A stretch of 64,000 nucleotides of DNA, taken from NCBI GenBank assembly GCA_963733375.1, contig CAVTDB010000003.1, positions 64,001 through 128,000 on the forward strand, read 5' to 3'. The position numbers were made by a program, and so were the translations under genes. The notes beneath the pieces were generated by a model, which ran no database searches, was not told the DNA's origin, and saw only the letters and a list, made by a program, of their open reading frames with translations. Shown here piece after piece: positions 1 to 12,320 of this stretch; the first letter of the stretch is position 1, and every line of letters starts with the position of its first letter. This stretch comes from Nitrospirota bacterium (GTDB taxonomy: Bacteria; Nitrospirota; JACRHJ01).

Positions 1-2238
1 ACCCGCTCGTCACCATCGGCCCGGACGGAAAAGTGACGGACGTGAACGCGGCGACGGAGACGGTTACAGGATATTCCAGGGACCGCCTCATCGGGACCGA
101 CTTCTCGGACTATTTCACGGAGCCGGATAAGGCGCGCGCGGGGTACCAGCAGGTTTTCCGCGAGGGCGCGGTCAGGGATTACCCGCTTGAAGTAAGGCAT
201 AAAGACGGACGCATAACGCCCGTGCTTTACAACGCGTCGGTCTATAAAGACGACTCCGGAAACGTCATAGGCGTGTTCGCCGCCGCCCGCGATATTACGG
301 AGATGAAGCGGGCGGAAGGTATACTCAAGAACCTCGCTTCCCAAAACAAGCTTATACTGGATTCCGCGGGCGAAGGCATATTGGGGATGGACGCGTCTGG
401 AAGGCACACGTTCGCAAACCCCGCGGCGGCCAGGATGCTGGGCTGGGAGGCTCGAAGAGCTTATCGGCAGGCAGAGCCACTCGATATGGCACCATACCAG
501 GCCGGACGGCAGCCCATATCCTGAAGAGGAGTGTAATATCCATGCCTCGTCCCGGTACGGCGTCGCCCACCATGAATCCGAAGAGGTGTTCTGGAAAAAG
601 GACGGCACTTCCATCCCGGTCGAGTATACGAGCACGCCGGTCTGGGAAGACGGCAAGCCTGTCGGGGTAGTCGTCACCTTCAACGACATAACCGAGCGCA
701 AGCGGGCCGAGGAAGCGCTGCAGGTATCTGAAAAACGTTACCGCATGCTGTTCGACACAATCGACGAAGGCTTCTGTATCGTCGAGATGATATTTGATGA
801 ACACGAACGTCCGGTCGATTACCGCTTTCTGGAGATTAATCCGTCGTTCGAGAAACAAACGGGATTAGTCGGTGCGCAGGGCAAGAGAATGCGCGAACTT
901 GCCCCGCAGCACGAGGAGTTTTGGTTTGAGACTTACGGAAAAATCGCGTTAACTGGCGAACCGGCCCGTTTTCAGAACCTTGCCGAACAACTGAGCCGGT
1001 GGTATGACGTTTACGCCTTCCGTTTCGGCCAGCCGGAAAACCGGCAGGTTGCCATCCTTTTTAACGACATCACCGAGCGCAGGCTTACGGAAGAGGCGCT
1101 CCGGGAGAGCGAGGAGAAGTTCAGACTCCTGGTTGACAGTGCGCAGGACTATGCGATTGTAATGCTGGGCACCGACGGACGGGTTGTGAGCTGGAACGCG
1201 GGCGCACAGAGGATGAAGGGATATACCGCCTCTGAGATAATCGGAAAACATTTTTCGTGTTTTTATCCCGAAGACGATGTCCGCGCCGGAAAGCCCGGGC
1301 GTGAGCTTAAAATCGCCTCGGAGACCGGGAGGTTTGAAGACGAAGGCCTGAGGGTGCGCAAGGACGGGTCACACTTCCAGGCCAATGTCGTAATCAACGC
1401 CATCAGGGACAAGTCCGGGAAACTGCGCGGCTTTTCAAAGATTACCAGAGACGTTACCGAGCGGAAACAGGCCGAGGACGAGATAAAGAAGCTGAACGAG
1501 GACCTGGAGCAGAGGGTCGTGGAGCGGACGACGGAAGTTACGGCGGTTAACAAGGAACTTGAGGCTTTTACATATTCGGTGTCTCACGACCTGCGGGCCC
1601 CGCTTCGGCACATACACGGGTTCGTTGACCTTCTTATCCAGAACTCCAGCCAGAGCCTGGACGATAAAGGCAAGAGATATCTTACGACGATATCCAAGGC
1701 GGCATCCCAGATGGGGAACCTTGTGGACGACCTCCTTACCTTTTCCCGGATGGGTCGCACCGAGATAAAGAAGCATTCCATAGACCTGGAAAACCTGGTT
1801 CACGGCGTGATCGACGAGATGAGGTATGAGCTGAGGGAAAGGGATATAGAGTGGAAGGTAGGCAGCCTCGCGCCGGTTTACGGCGACCCATCCCTGCTCA
1901 GGCTTGTGATGGTAAACCTGATATCCAACGCGGTGAAGTTCACAAGGCATCGGGACAAGGCGGTGATTGAGATAGGCTCCTATACCGAAGCCGGCGGCGG
2001 GGATGTGGTGTACGTCAAGGATAACGGCGTAGGGTTCGACATGCGGTACGTGGACAAGCTCTTTGGCGTGTTCCAGAGGCTCCACAGTATCGAGGAGTTT
2101 GAAGGGACCGGCATCGGGCTCGCCAATATCCGGAGGATTATAGGCCGGCACGGCGGCAGGACCTGGGCCGAGGGCGCGTTAGGCACGGGTGCGGCATTTT
2201 ATTTTTCCTTGCCTTCTATGGACGGGGATAATGTATAA
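1..2238 (+). CDS. Multi-PAS sensor histidine kinase (BphP/Cph1-like HisKA-HATPase); 5' end outside window, frameshift near 460
   Basis: ORFs 33..524 and 586..2238 carry consecutive PAS/PAC repeats (DITERK motifs), H-box YSVSHDLRAPLR, N-box NLISNAVKF and G-boxes DNGVGF/GTGIGLA. Confidence 0.9.
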
Positions 2239-2282
2239 TCTATAATGACGTATGATTTTACGGGTTATAAGAGAGGAAACCG

Positions 2283-2750
2283 ATGACAAGGAACGCTGAA
2301 TTAAAAAGGATACTGCTTGCGGACGACAACCCTAACGATGTCGAGCTGACGCTTGAGGCGCTCGAACAATATAACCTGGCAAACGAGGTCATGGTGGTAA
2401 AGGACGGGGCCGACGCGCTCGATTACCTTTACAGGCGCGGGGCGTACGATGAGCGCACGGGCGGCGATCCGGCGGTTATACTGCTGGACCTGAAGATGCC
2501 CAAAGTGGACGGGCTGGAGGTGCTTCGGCAGATAAAATCGGACCCGGCTCTTAAATGCGTCCCGGTCGTCGTCCTGACCTCCTCCCACGAGGAGAGGGAC
2601 CTGGTTGACAGCTACAACCTGGGCACGAACGCATACGTGGTAAAGCCCGTGGACTTCAAGGACTTCGTAGAGGCGATAAAGGGCCTGGGCTCCTTCTGGG
2701 CGGTATTGAACGAGCCTCCGGCGGGATGCGTCAGAAGAGAGAAAAGCTAA
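2283..2750 (+). CDS. Single-domain response regulator (Rcp1-like)
   Basis: ILLADDN, ILLDLKMPKVDG, VVVLTSS, NAYVVKP; typical partner of the upstream kinase type. Confidence 0.92.
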   Translation: MTRNAELKRILLADDNPNDVELTLEALEQYNLANEVMVVKDGADALDYLYRRGAYDERTGGDPAVILLDLKMPKVDGLEVLRQIKSDPALKCVPVVVLTSSHEERDLVDSYNLGTNAYVVKPVDFKDFVEAIKGLGSFWAVLNEPPAGCVRREKS

Positions 2751-2751
2751 A

Positions 2752-4353
2752 ATGGCACATAAGCATCAGCTTCGCATACTCCATCTGGAAGACAACCCGC
2801 TCGATGCCGAGCTGGTTGCCGCCGCGTTTGATACCGCCGGCCTGAAATGCGGGATAACCCGTGTCGAGACGGAGCAGGCATTCACCTCCGCCCTGGAATC
2901 AGGCGGCATGGATTTAATCCTGGCCGATTACTCCCTGCCTTCTTTCGACGGCGTTTCCGCCCTGAAACTCGCGCATGAAAAATGCCCGGACATACCTTAT
3001 ATCTTCGTTTCCGGCCAGATGGGCGAGGACATCGCCGTGGAGTCGCTTAAGCTGGGGGCGACGGATTATATCCTTAAGAACAACCTGAGCAGGCTAATGC
3101 CATCGGTGCGCCGCGCCCTAAATGAGGCGCTGGACAGGCGCGAGCGAAAGAAGGCGGAGGAAAAGACTGCCGCGGCGGAGAAGGCGCTCTGGGAATCGGA
3201 AGCGAGGATGCAGAAGCTGGAAAGCCTCAGAGCCCTTGCCGGGGGCATAGCCCACGACCTGAATAACCTGATGGTGGCCGTGGATGCGAACGCGGGGCTG
3301 GCGCTTAAGGCGTTAGCTCCCGACTCTCCCGCGCGCGAGCTGATAGAGGGCATCGAGAAGGCGGTCGCCAAGGTATCCACTTTCTCGAAGCAGATAATGA
3401 GCTTTACGGGAAAGTTCGAGGCGATGAAGGAGCCGGTCAGCTTGAACGAGGCTGTGGAGGACACGTCTCATTTCCTGCTCGCGTCCATTTCGAAGGACGC
3501 CGCACTTGAATTCCGCCTCTCGGACGGCCTTCCGGTCATCATGGCCGACCCGCAGAACATCCAGCAGGTGGTTATGAACCTGATTTTAAACGCCTCCGAC
3601 GCCCTTGAGAAAAGAAAAGGGAAGATCGAGGTCTGCACCGGGAAGCTCTTTGCTGAGCGTCCATACCTGGACTCGATGCACTTGGGGAAGGACCTGGCTG
3701 AGGGAGAGTATTTGTTCATAGAAGTCTCCGACAGCGGCTGCGGCATGGACGAAGAGACAAAGGGGCGGGTATTCGACCCGTTTTATACCACGAAGTTCAC
3801 GGGCCGCGGGCTTGGGCTCTCCGCCGTTTTCGGGATAGTAAAAGGGCATGGCGGGGCGATTGGCCTGACGAGCGCGAAGGGGCGCGGCACGAGTTTCAAG
3901 GTACTCCTTCCGATACCGGAAGAGCCTTTGCAGGCCGGAGTCGAAAAGCAGGAATCAAAGGACGTCTGGTCCGGGGGCGGGACTATACTTGTAGTGGACG
4001 ACGACGAAAGCGTCCGCATGCTTACCAAAAAAGTCCTGGAGACCGCAGGCTATAAAGTACTCACCGCCCCCGACGGACAGCAGGGGATTGAAATTTTCAG
4101 GCAGAGCGGCGAATCGATATCTTTAGTCCTGATAGACCTGATAATGCCGCAGATGCGGGGCGACGAAGCGGCAAAGGAGATGCGGAAATTAAAAGACGGT
4201 ATAAAAATTTTATTCCTCAGCGGGTATAGCGACCTCCAACTGGCGGACATGGCCGATGGGCCCGGTAAGGCGGCGATTATGATGAAGCCATACAAGGTGA
4301 CAAAGCTGCTTCAAAAAGTTCAGGAGGTCCTGGAGCAGAATGTCCGTCAATAG
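2752..4353 (+). CDS. Hybrid REC-HisKA-HATPase-REC histidine kinase
   Basis: N-terminal REC (LHLEDN, ILADYSLP), GGIAHDLNN H-box, FDPFYTTKFTGRGLGLS, C-terminal REC (LVVDDD, LIDLIMP). Confidence 0.92.
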   Translation: MAHKHQLRILHLEDNPLDAELVAAAFDTAGLKCGITRVETEQAFTSALESGGMDLILADYSLPSFDGVSALKLAHEKCPDIPYIFVSGQMGEDIAVESLKLGATDYILKNNLSRLMPSVRRALNEALDRRERKKAEEKTAAAEKALWESEARMQKLESLRALAGGIAHDLNNLMVAVDANAGLALKALAPDSPARELIEGIEKAVAKVSTFSKQIMSFTGKFEAMKEPVSLNEAVEDTSHFLLASISKDAALEFRLSDGLPVIMADPQNIQQVVMNLILNASDALEKRKGKIEVCTGKLFAERPYLDSMHLGKDLAEGEYLFIEVSDSGCGMDEETKGRVFDPFYTTKFTGRGLGLSAVFGIVKGHGGAIGLTSAKGRGTSFKVLLPIPEEPLQAGVEKQESKDVWSGGGTILVVDDDESVRMLTKKVLETAGYKVLTAPDGQQGIEIFRQSGESISLVLIDLIMPQMRGDEAAKEMRKLKDGIKILFLSGYSDLQLADMADGPGKAAIMMKPYKVTKLLQKVQEVLEQNVRQ

Positions 4354-4441
4354 GATTTTTTAGCCGACGGCATTAATCCCCGTAACGTCGAAACCATGCA
4401 CCAGCCCCCGTTCTCCTTGAACTTTTCTCATCCCGCGGGGT

Positions 4442-7400
4442 TCACTGCTTCTTTTTAAACAGGCTTTCATCCATCTTGACCCTCAGCCTGAAGTACGGCC
4501 CCTGCCCCCAATAGCTGTCCTGTTTCAGGTCCGCGTCGAACCGGTCGAAGGAGTATCCCAACGAGAACCAGAGGTTTTTTATCACCCTGTAGCCCACCTC
4601 GGCGGAACCGCCGTGCAGGAGCGAGCCGGCTTCCGCATTGTTCATCAGCCTGTACTCAAGCCCGACATCCACGCGGTCCGTCAGGTCGTAGAGCATACCC
4701 ACCCCCGCGAGTTGCGTATACGAGCTGATGCCGCCGTCGCCCGTCAGCTTGCCGGCATATTTACCGGTGAGCTGCAGTCTCCTGGAAGCCTGCATGCACC
4801 ACTCCGTCGATGTGATTAACGACAACGTCCTCAGGCTGTCGGTAAGTGAAGAGTTATCGTCGTACTTGTATTCCAGTTTTAAAAAGCCGTCCAGCCTGTC
4901 GTCATCGACCGGCCTGTAGGCTCCGCTCACGGAAGTGCGGTTAGTGGTACGTTTGCCGCCGGTGCCGATATCTTCCCTGCTGAAACGCTCCTGGAACAGA
5001 AGGGTCATCGATTGGGCCAGCCTGTACGCCGTGCCTTGTTCTATCAGGTAACTGTCGTTACCCGTGGCGGCAAGCTCGTGCCTGTACTCGACCCTTCCGG
5101 TCGCCTTCAGGTCTTCCCTGATCAGGTACTCGAGCCCGGCTGTGGCGGCTACGGCGTCCGCCTGGGACTGTATCTGGGGCCCGCTTAAGGTCCTTAAGTA
5201 TTCTACCGACGTACTCCCGTTCAGCTTATCGGTAAGCTTGAAGGTATTCTTCAGGCCTATGACCTGCTGGTTCCTGCTGCCGTCCGCCCCGTCGTCCAGG
5301 CGGTACTCGCTGTATCCGCTGACGCCCTTCATCAACTGCGTCTCCGCGCCGACGACGGTCCTGGCCTGGCCCTGTATTTCGGTCTTCAGGTATTCCTCGC
5401 GCACGTATAACTTGCTTATATCGCTCAGTTGATATTTCAGCCCGGCCGACGTTGTCAAAGTCCTTGCCGCTCACGATGTCCTGCTTGTGGGTGACGTCCA
5501 GGTCCAGCTTCGGGAAAAGCTGGGCACTCAATGTGATCCCAAGACCGGCGAACTTTTGCCAGACGTACGGACTGCTGTCGAACGGCAGGCGGCTGTTCGG
5601 GTCCGTGGGCGGGATGAACTTTGTATTGGAGGTCTCGCGCTCAAGCTCTAATGTGAGCTTGAACTTATTGAACTTCATCTCGGCCCCCAGGGAGACCAGG
5701 TTGTTGCTTGTCGCGTTAAGTTTGTCGTCGTCGCTGAAGGCCTTCATCCGGAAGACCACGCGCTCCCACGGCTCGTAACTCGCCTCCCCGCCGTACTTGG
5801 TCGCGCCACGGAAGACGTCGGTCGCGGAGGGGTTGTTGAAGCCGTCGTCGGCCTTGTGGTAGTAACCGGATATTTTAAAATCCTTAAAGGGAGTGGACAG
5901 GAGGTCCACCGCATAGGCCGAGCCCTGCCGCCTGGACAAGATGCCGTCTGTCGCCGCCATCATCGAATCCGTGCTGGCAAATTCCGCCTTCAGGTCTGTC
6001 TTGTACGGAAGCTTCAACTGCAAGTCCGCGCCTTCCAGGCGGTAATCCCCGCCGTCCTGTTCCTCCACGGCGCCGGTGACTCCGGCCTTGACCCAGGGAA
6101 GCGGACTCAATGTCGCGCGGCCTCCGTAGATATAGTGCTTCGCCCCGTCCTGTATGCTCTCGTATACCGCGATTATGTACACCGGGTTCAGGTCGGCGTC
6201 GTGGCTCGGGACCGGCGCCTTGAAGAGTATCGTGCCCATCTCGATGTCGAGATAATAATCGCTCCCGCGTGCAAGGGTCTGCCGGTCGAGTACGATATCC
6301 GGGCGCAGGCGGTCGCGCGTTTCTATGCTGATCTGCTCGGAGCCCTCGACTATCGGCGACTGGCTCAGGTAGTAGAACCCCGATATGCCGAGGCCCGGCA
6401 AGGCGTCAACGACCTGCGTCTGGTCCGTATAGCTCGCGAAGCCGCGCACCCTGAGCGAAGACATGGGGTTTATGTCGGCTTGAATCCCCGTAAGCGTCCG
6501 CTTATACGCGGCGAGCTTTACGTCGTCGAAACCGGTGTCGTAGTCTCCGTACAGCAGGTACGACCTGTCCTTCTCAAGCTTGACATATAACTTGTCGGCT
6601 GATTTTGCCTCGTACCCCAGCTTGCTCTCGTCGCCGTATATCTGGTATTTGTTGTCCGCCTGATAGTCCGTCGCCGCCGCGTTCTGCAGGTCCGGAGTTT
6701 TCTTCTTGCCCGAGTCGTACGCCGCCGTGACATATAGGTTGTCGAACAGGTTCCCCTTGAGGAAGAACGCGCCGCGCTCCTGCGAGAACGCGCCCTTGTC
6801 GAACCAGCCGTCCATGCTGAGCGGGCTGAACGCGCCTCCCGCGGAGCCGTAGCCCACCTTGATCTCGCCGACGCCCGCAATCATTACAGGACGCTTCGGC
6901 GGGGAGAAGAACACCTTGAACGTCTCGGTTATATCCTCGACGGAGACGCTGACCGTGGCCTCGCCACTCCCGCGGGGCGACAGGATGTCGAACTCGGCGC
7001 CCTTCTCGAAATACGGTATCTGCACGCCCCCCTGGGCCTGGTCCATGTCCTTCTGGACGACTTCTCCCCTGGTCGTCACGATGGTGATGAACGTGGACGG
7101 CCGCGCCGGTTGCCCCTTGGCGTCCCAGGCGGTGACGGTTACGTGGAGCTTCGACACTCCGTCGGCCGGGACGTCGCTCTCGTCCGGCTTGACCAGCAGT
7201 TTGGCCGGCTTGACGGGAGCCTCGACCGTTACCTCTTTTGTCTCCCGGATGTTCCCGAACGGGTCCTTGGTCTCGGCCTTGATGAGCGTCTTGCCGGTCT
7301 CGCCGACCTTGACCCCTATGTACTCGTATACCGTTACGTTATTTGCTTTGTCTACTATCGTCTCGCCGACCCTGTTATGGCCCACGGGCTCTCCGTTAAC

Positions 7401-9606
7401 AAAAAGGAGCGCTTCGCGGTCCGACGCCGCCTTCACGACCACCTTTACGGCGCCCTTCGTTATAACTTCGCCTTCTTTTGGAGACAGTATCTCAAGGGCG
7501 GTGGTGAAACCCTTTATCTGTTCAGCCATGCTTTCGTCCGCTTCGGGCTTGTCCGCCGCGGGGGCGGACCCGGCATTGTCATTTGTCCCGGCCCGTACCG
7601 CGTCCGCCGGCGCCGTAACTGCGAAATCCGCCCTGACCAGCCCGCTCGACTTCATGTCGATGAACTGCGAGCCGCCGTCGCCCATGGACCGGTTTGATGT
7701 CGGCACGAGCGCCGCGCCGCCGGGCAGGGACAACGTGTCTACCTTCAGGACGTGGGTGCCGGGGTCAACGTAGGGTATCGAGTACTTGCCGTCCTTGTCG
7801 GTTATCACCCTGGCTGCCATTCTCCAAGTAAAGGACCGCGCCGCCCAGGCCTTTCTCGCCCGCCTGCCGGAAACCGTCGCCGTTGCCGTCCAGGAACACC
7901 CTGCCTATTATCGTGCCTTTAGACGTGAATACGCCCTCGCTGATGGTCAGCTTGAACGATGCCCTCATGGATACGGAGGCGCCGGCGACGGCATAGGCGA
8001 CGTTAACGCCGTCGCCCTTCATGCTGTCCGGGCCGACGATGGCGCTGTAACGGAGCTCTACGGTTTTCCCCGCGGCCAGGTCGCCGATATGCCAGACGAG
8101 CGACTGGCCGTCCTGGCCCGGGTCCGCCGCCTTGACGCCGCCTATCAGTGTGGAGCCTTTGACATAGGGGACGTCATGCGGCATGCCGTCTCTGACCTGC
8201 ACGTCGTTTAGCGCGGTCTTGGCCGTTGTTAGTCACAGTGACCGTATAATGCACCACGTCGCCTATCGAGACAATGTTCTTGTCCGCCGTCTTGGTAATC
8301 CCCAGCGCTGTCCTGGGCGGGTCCACCGGTATGTCGAAGGTCACCGGGCTCATTCCGGCCGCCAGGGTAAAACTCTGGCCACGAGACCCGGCGCCAACCG
8401 TGTAGCCCGGCGGCAGCTTCGGCGTTGGCACTTTGGACGGGAATATGTAACTGCCGCCGGGCTCGACCTTGAGGCGGTAAGTCCCGGCATCCAGGTACTG
8501 GAACTGGAACTTCCCGTCTGCGCCTGTCGTGATCGGGTTTGACTGCGCCACAAGAAACGGCGTCAGGGGCAAGGCGGCCGGCAGGCCGGTACTTATCGTC
8601 TATGAGCGTCACGACCGCGCCCGCGACGGGCAGCCCGGTAGCCGTGTCGAAGACCGTGCCCAGAGGGTCCACGAACACATTGTCGTCATGTGAGGGGACG
8701 GCGTCGAGCGGGTCCGTGTATATAACCTCTATCGGCGTGTACGGCTGTATCGAGAGTATCCCGTCCCCTGTCAACGGGGGCCCGGAATTGGTCGGGAGGT
8801 TGCCTACGAACACGCCCGTGTTCGGGCCCGTTTCCTGGCACGTTACGGCCTCCTGGTCGTCAACGCTCCTGGAGCCGCCGGGCAGGACTGCGTAGTGGTA
8901 CACGGTGACGGTTATGGTGTCGATGGCCGCCGGGTCGATGTTTCGATCAGGGTCCGTCACTTTTATATATGAGATGTCGCCCAGGTTATAGCTGTAGACC
9001 CTGTTGTATGAGGAATCAGTAAAAATCACGACTCCCGGCGTCCGGGCCTTGACCGTCGTAGTCGCCGTCCGCGGTGCTGGCCGCGCCCTCGCTGCATGAG
9101 GCGTGCACGGTATCCGGTATGACAGTGTTGTTCGCCGCATGCTTGTCCACCGCCACCGTTAAATGCACGGTCGAGGAAGAGCCGGGAGCGAGGGCGCCAA
9201 CCGTCCACGCCACGGATCCGGAGGCGTATGCTCCACCAGAGTCCGCGCTGACAAAAGTCGTGCCCGACGGGAGCGTGTTCTTCAGAGTCACGGCGGAGAG
9301 CGGGTCACTGCCCGGGTTGCTGGCGTTGATGGTGTATTCTATGTTATCGCCGGCCCATACCACGTCCGCCGCCGATATTACTACATTTATGACGGGGGCG
9401 GTTACCGTCAGGCTGGCACTCGCGCCCTCCTGAGGCATGGCGACGTTCTTTTGCGTCTGGTAATCGCAGGTCGCGTTATTGACCACTTGAGCGGCTCGGG
9501 CCGGGGATGCGGCAAATGCCCACATGGAGGCGCAGGCGAATAACAGGAGGACGAAAATGCCCGCCTGCCGCCTTAAACTCTCCTGATATGCAGTTATTGC
9601 CGCCAT
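4442..9606 (-). CDS. Large secreted DUF11/SdrD-B/Ig-domain protein with C-terminal outer-membrane beta-barrel (about 1700 aa; split by about 5 frameshifts)
   Basis: Consecutive overlapping ORFs 9016..9606, 8229..9140, 8174..8572, 7765..8202, 5226..7820, 4442..5458. Signal peptide ending ARA, DUF11 motifs (GDNIEYTINASN; ITKTAD..GDVVHYTVTVTNNG), SdrD-B-like IIGRVFLDGNGDG..ITDKDGKYS, and an aromatic-rich amphipathic beta-strand C-terminal half ending YFRLRVKMDE. Confidence 0.8.
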
Positions 9607-9654
9607 TCTTCCTTTACCGCTGGTCCATTAGCCGTTCCCGCGGCAGTCAGCGAA

Positions 9655-10917
9655 TCAGTTGACTGTCGCGTCGAACGTCACTGCGGCAGTGGCGCCCGCG
9701 GCGATCGAGTTGATATTGACCTGTATAAGACTTCCGGCGGGGTTGGGCTGCGTGAGTCCGTTCAGCTTTAATGTCCCCGCCTTGTATGTGACAGGCAGTG
9801 CGTTTAAATCATCTTTTATGACGACGTTCCCCGCCGCGTCATTACCCGCATTCCGCGCGGTGATGGTATATGTAACGGTATCTCCGGGTTTGGCCGAGGC
9901 CGGGCTTACGGCCTTGGTAGTGCTTATCGCCGGCGAGAGGACGGTAATACTTACCGGCGCCGAATCAACCGGCGAAGCGCCGTCCGCGGCGGCTTCCGCC
10001 ACGTTGCTGGCGCCCGCTCCGCTCAGGCTGACCGCCTGGGCGTGGTTCGATGGCCTGTTGATATTGACGCTGAACACCAAAGTCGCGGTCGCGTTCGGGC
10101 CGAGAGTCCCGACGGGCGCCGTGATGACGTTACCGGACAGCAGGCTGTCGTTCTGCGCCACTGTGTTCAGCTTGATTGAGCCGCTTACGAACGTCGATAT
10201 CCCGAGGACGCTTCCTATGTTGTCGGTGACGGTGACGTTCGTCACGTCGGATGTCCCGGCGTTTCTTACCGTAATCGTGTAAGTAACGGCATCGCCGGGC
10301 GTGGGGTTGTTATTGCTTACCGACTTCGTTATCGTCAGTACCGACCCGCCGACTGTCGTCTGAGACTCCGGGGATACGCCAAGGACGGAAGTATTGCTGG
10401 TGGATGTGGCCCTGGCGTCGTCGTTTGAGCGCGTGTTTGCCGCCGCGCTCCCGGGTATGGGCAGCTTCATATACACCAGCATGGACCCGCCCGCGGCGAT
10501 AGGCCCGATCGGCGCGGTAATCAAAGACGACGCGCCCGGGTCGGAAAAGAACTGGACGGCGCCGGGGTTGAACGTGGATGCGCCCGCGTCGTGATCAGAT
10601 GACAGGGTGAACGAATCGGCGGCGTTGCCGGTGTTGGTTACCGTTACCGTATAAACCACGGATGCCCCGGCTGACCCGGAAAGCGTGGCCGGAGCAATCA
10701 GGACGCTCGCGCCCTGCTTTTGCAGTATGGTGACGTCTACCGACGCCGACACCAGCGGCATCGGGTTGCCGCCGCTGTCCCCGTAACTGACGTTGGCGGT
10801 GTTAACCAATGGCCCTGGCGGGGCGACCGCGGCCATCGCCGGGCAATAGCCCAGAAGCGTGGCCGTGAAGGCGGCCGCCAGTACCGTTAAAAGTTTCCTG
10901 ACTATTCTATTGCCCAT
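9655..10917 (-). CDS. Secreted DUF11-domain protein, 420 aa (putative minor/shaft fibre subunit)
   Basis: Signal peptide, N-terminal LVNTANVSY...SASVDVTI segment, Ig-like domain, one complete DUF11 domain and a C-terminal truncated DUF11 ending VTFDATVN. Confidence 0.85.
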   Translation of the reverse strand: MGNRIVRKLLTVLAAAFTATLLGYCPAMAAVAPPGPLVNTANVSYGDSGGNPMPLVSASVDVTILQKQGASVLIAPATLSGSAGASVVYTVTVTNTGNAADSFTLSSDHDAGASTFNPGAVQFFSDPGASSLITAPIGPIAAGGSMLVYMKLPIPGSAAANTRSNDDARATSTSNTSVLGVSPESQTTVGGSVLTITKSVSNNNPTPGDAVTYTITVRNAGTSDVTNVTVTDNIGSVLGISTFVSGSIKLNTVAQNDSLLSGNVITAPVGTLGPNATATLVFSVNINRPSNHAQAVSLSGAGASNVAEAAADGASPVDSAPVSITVLSPAISTTKAVSPASAKPGDTVTYTITARNAGNDAAGNVVIKDDLNALPVTYKAGTLKLNGLTQPNPAGSLIQVNINSIAAGATAAVTFDATVN

Positions 10918-10951
10918 AAAAGCTCGGATTTGCCTCGTGCTCGGAATAGAT

Positions 10952-10987
10952 AAGCCGGCCGGCGGCCCTTGGGCCGCCGACCGGCTT
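10952..10987 (-). terminator. Strong GC hairpin just downstream of the 440-aa subunit gene (mRNA stabiliser or partial terminator)
   Basis: aagccggccggcggccc-tt-gggccgccgaccggctt: 17-bp arms with one non-Watson-Crick position (G-U in the minus-strand transcript); only a weak U-tract. Confidence 0.65.
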
Positions 10988-10997
10988 CCGACTCGAC

Positions 10998-12320
10998 TTA
11001 GTTCGCGTTTACCGTTACTCTGTAGAAGAACTCCGCTTTGCCGGTCAAGGCAGGAAGTGTGCCTCCGGTCACATTTCCGGATACGACGCCGGCAGCAAAA
11101 GTAGGCGCGCAGTTAAGCGGGTTTATAAATGGTACGCTATCCGCTCCCGCGCCATCAGACGCTTGCAATATTTTGCCGAACGTCACGAAGCCCGACAGCG
11201 TATCGGCGATAACCACTGCGTTTGCGACGTCGTGCCCGTTGTTGGTCACCGTAACGTGGTAGTTGATCGTGCCGTTGGGGAGGGCGGAGGACACGTCGGC
11301 GGTTTTCGTCACTGCCAGCAAAGGCGCGTCGACTGTCACCACAACTGCGGGCGTGTCAAACTGCGGCTCCGGAGTCGTATCGGTGCCGGACTTGTAATTG
11401 ATGGACGCGACGTTAGATAATGTCGTACCGTCCACTATTCCCGGGGTCGTGTTTTTGATCTTGCCGGTTATGGTGATGTCGGTCTCGCCATTAGTCGAGC
11501 CGGCCTTGGCAGCCACCGTTTGAGCGCTGGACGTGAATACGTTGCCGGAAAACGTCCCATAGGTGCTGGCGAGCGTGTCGATGTCGGCGGGAATCGTGTC
11601 CGTTACGACCACGCCGGTAGCGCCTACCGTGCCCGAGTTGATGAGCTTTATGGTGTAGGTGATGGCCTGGTTAGCCTTGTAGTGCAGTCCGGCCTGGTCC
11701 ACCCCCTTGGTAGAGCCGGTGAGGTTGGCCGAGTCGGTGGTCGTGGTCAGCGTGGTGGTATCGAAGACCGGGGCGACCGTTCCGCCCGTCGCGTCCTTCG
11801 TGTTGGTGGTGGACGTGGCTTTAATGGCTTCCGTGTTGCTCGTCGGGGCTACGGCGTCCGGGATAACGATATGCACCCAAATCTTCTGACTCCCGCCCGC
11901 CGCGATCACGTCCGTGGTGGAGCCTGCAAGGACTGTGGACGTTTCGGTGCCGCTTCCGTTGTCACGGTAGAACGTAAACGTAGTCGGGGTCCATGCGCCA
12001 CCCGAGGTATTGGACATAGTGAAGCTGTCCGACGCGTTACCGACGTTATTGACAGTTACCGCGTAGTCCACCGTGCCCAGGTTGTTGCTGAGTATCGTGG
12101 ACGGGGACGGGGTGAGGGTCACGCCGTAGAGATAGGTCACGGACACGGTAACCGAGGCGGTCACCGGAGTCATGGCGTTGGCATTTACGTCATTGTAAGT
12201 CGCTGAAACTGTATTCGTGATATTACGGCTGAAGGTCGCGGTTGCCGCGAAGGCGTTGCCTATGGCGAATAACGCCATTATGCAGGCGATGGACAGAGTG
12301 ATCGAAATCTTCTTAAACAT
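10998..12320 (-). CDS. Secreted DUF11-domain protein, 440 aa (putative major fibre subunit)
   Basis: Signal peptide ending AFA, strong RBS (AAAAAAGGAGA), N-terminal ITNTVSATY...TASVTVSV, one complete and one C-terminally truncated DUF11 ending FFYRVTVNAN. Confidence 0.85.
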   Translation of the reverse strand: MFKKISITLSIACIMALFAIGNAFAATATFSRNITNTVSATYNDVNANAMTPVTASVTVSVTYLYGVTLTPSPSTILSNNLGTVDYAVTVNNVGNASDSFTMSNTSGGAWTPTTFTFYRDNGSGTETSTVLAGSTTDVIAAGGSQKIWVHIVIPDAVAPTSNTEAIKATSTTNTKDATGGTVAPVFDTTTLTTTTDSANLTGSTKGVDQAGLHYKANQAITYTIKLINSGTVGATGVVVTDTIPADIDTLASTYGTFSGNVFTSSAQTVAAKAGSTNGETDITITGKIKNTTPGIVDGTTLSNVASINYKSGTDTTPEPQFDTPAVVVTVDAPLLAVTKTADVSSALPNGTINYHVTVTNNGHDVANAVVIADTLSGFVTFGKILQASDGAGADSVPFINPLNCAPTFAAGVVSGNVTGGTLPALTGKAEFFYRVTVNAN

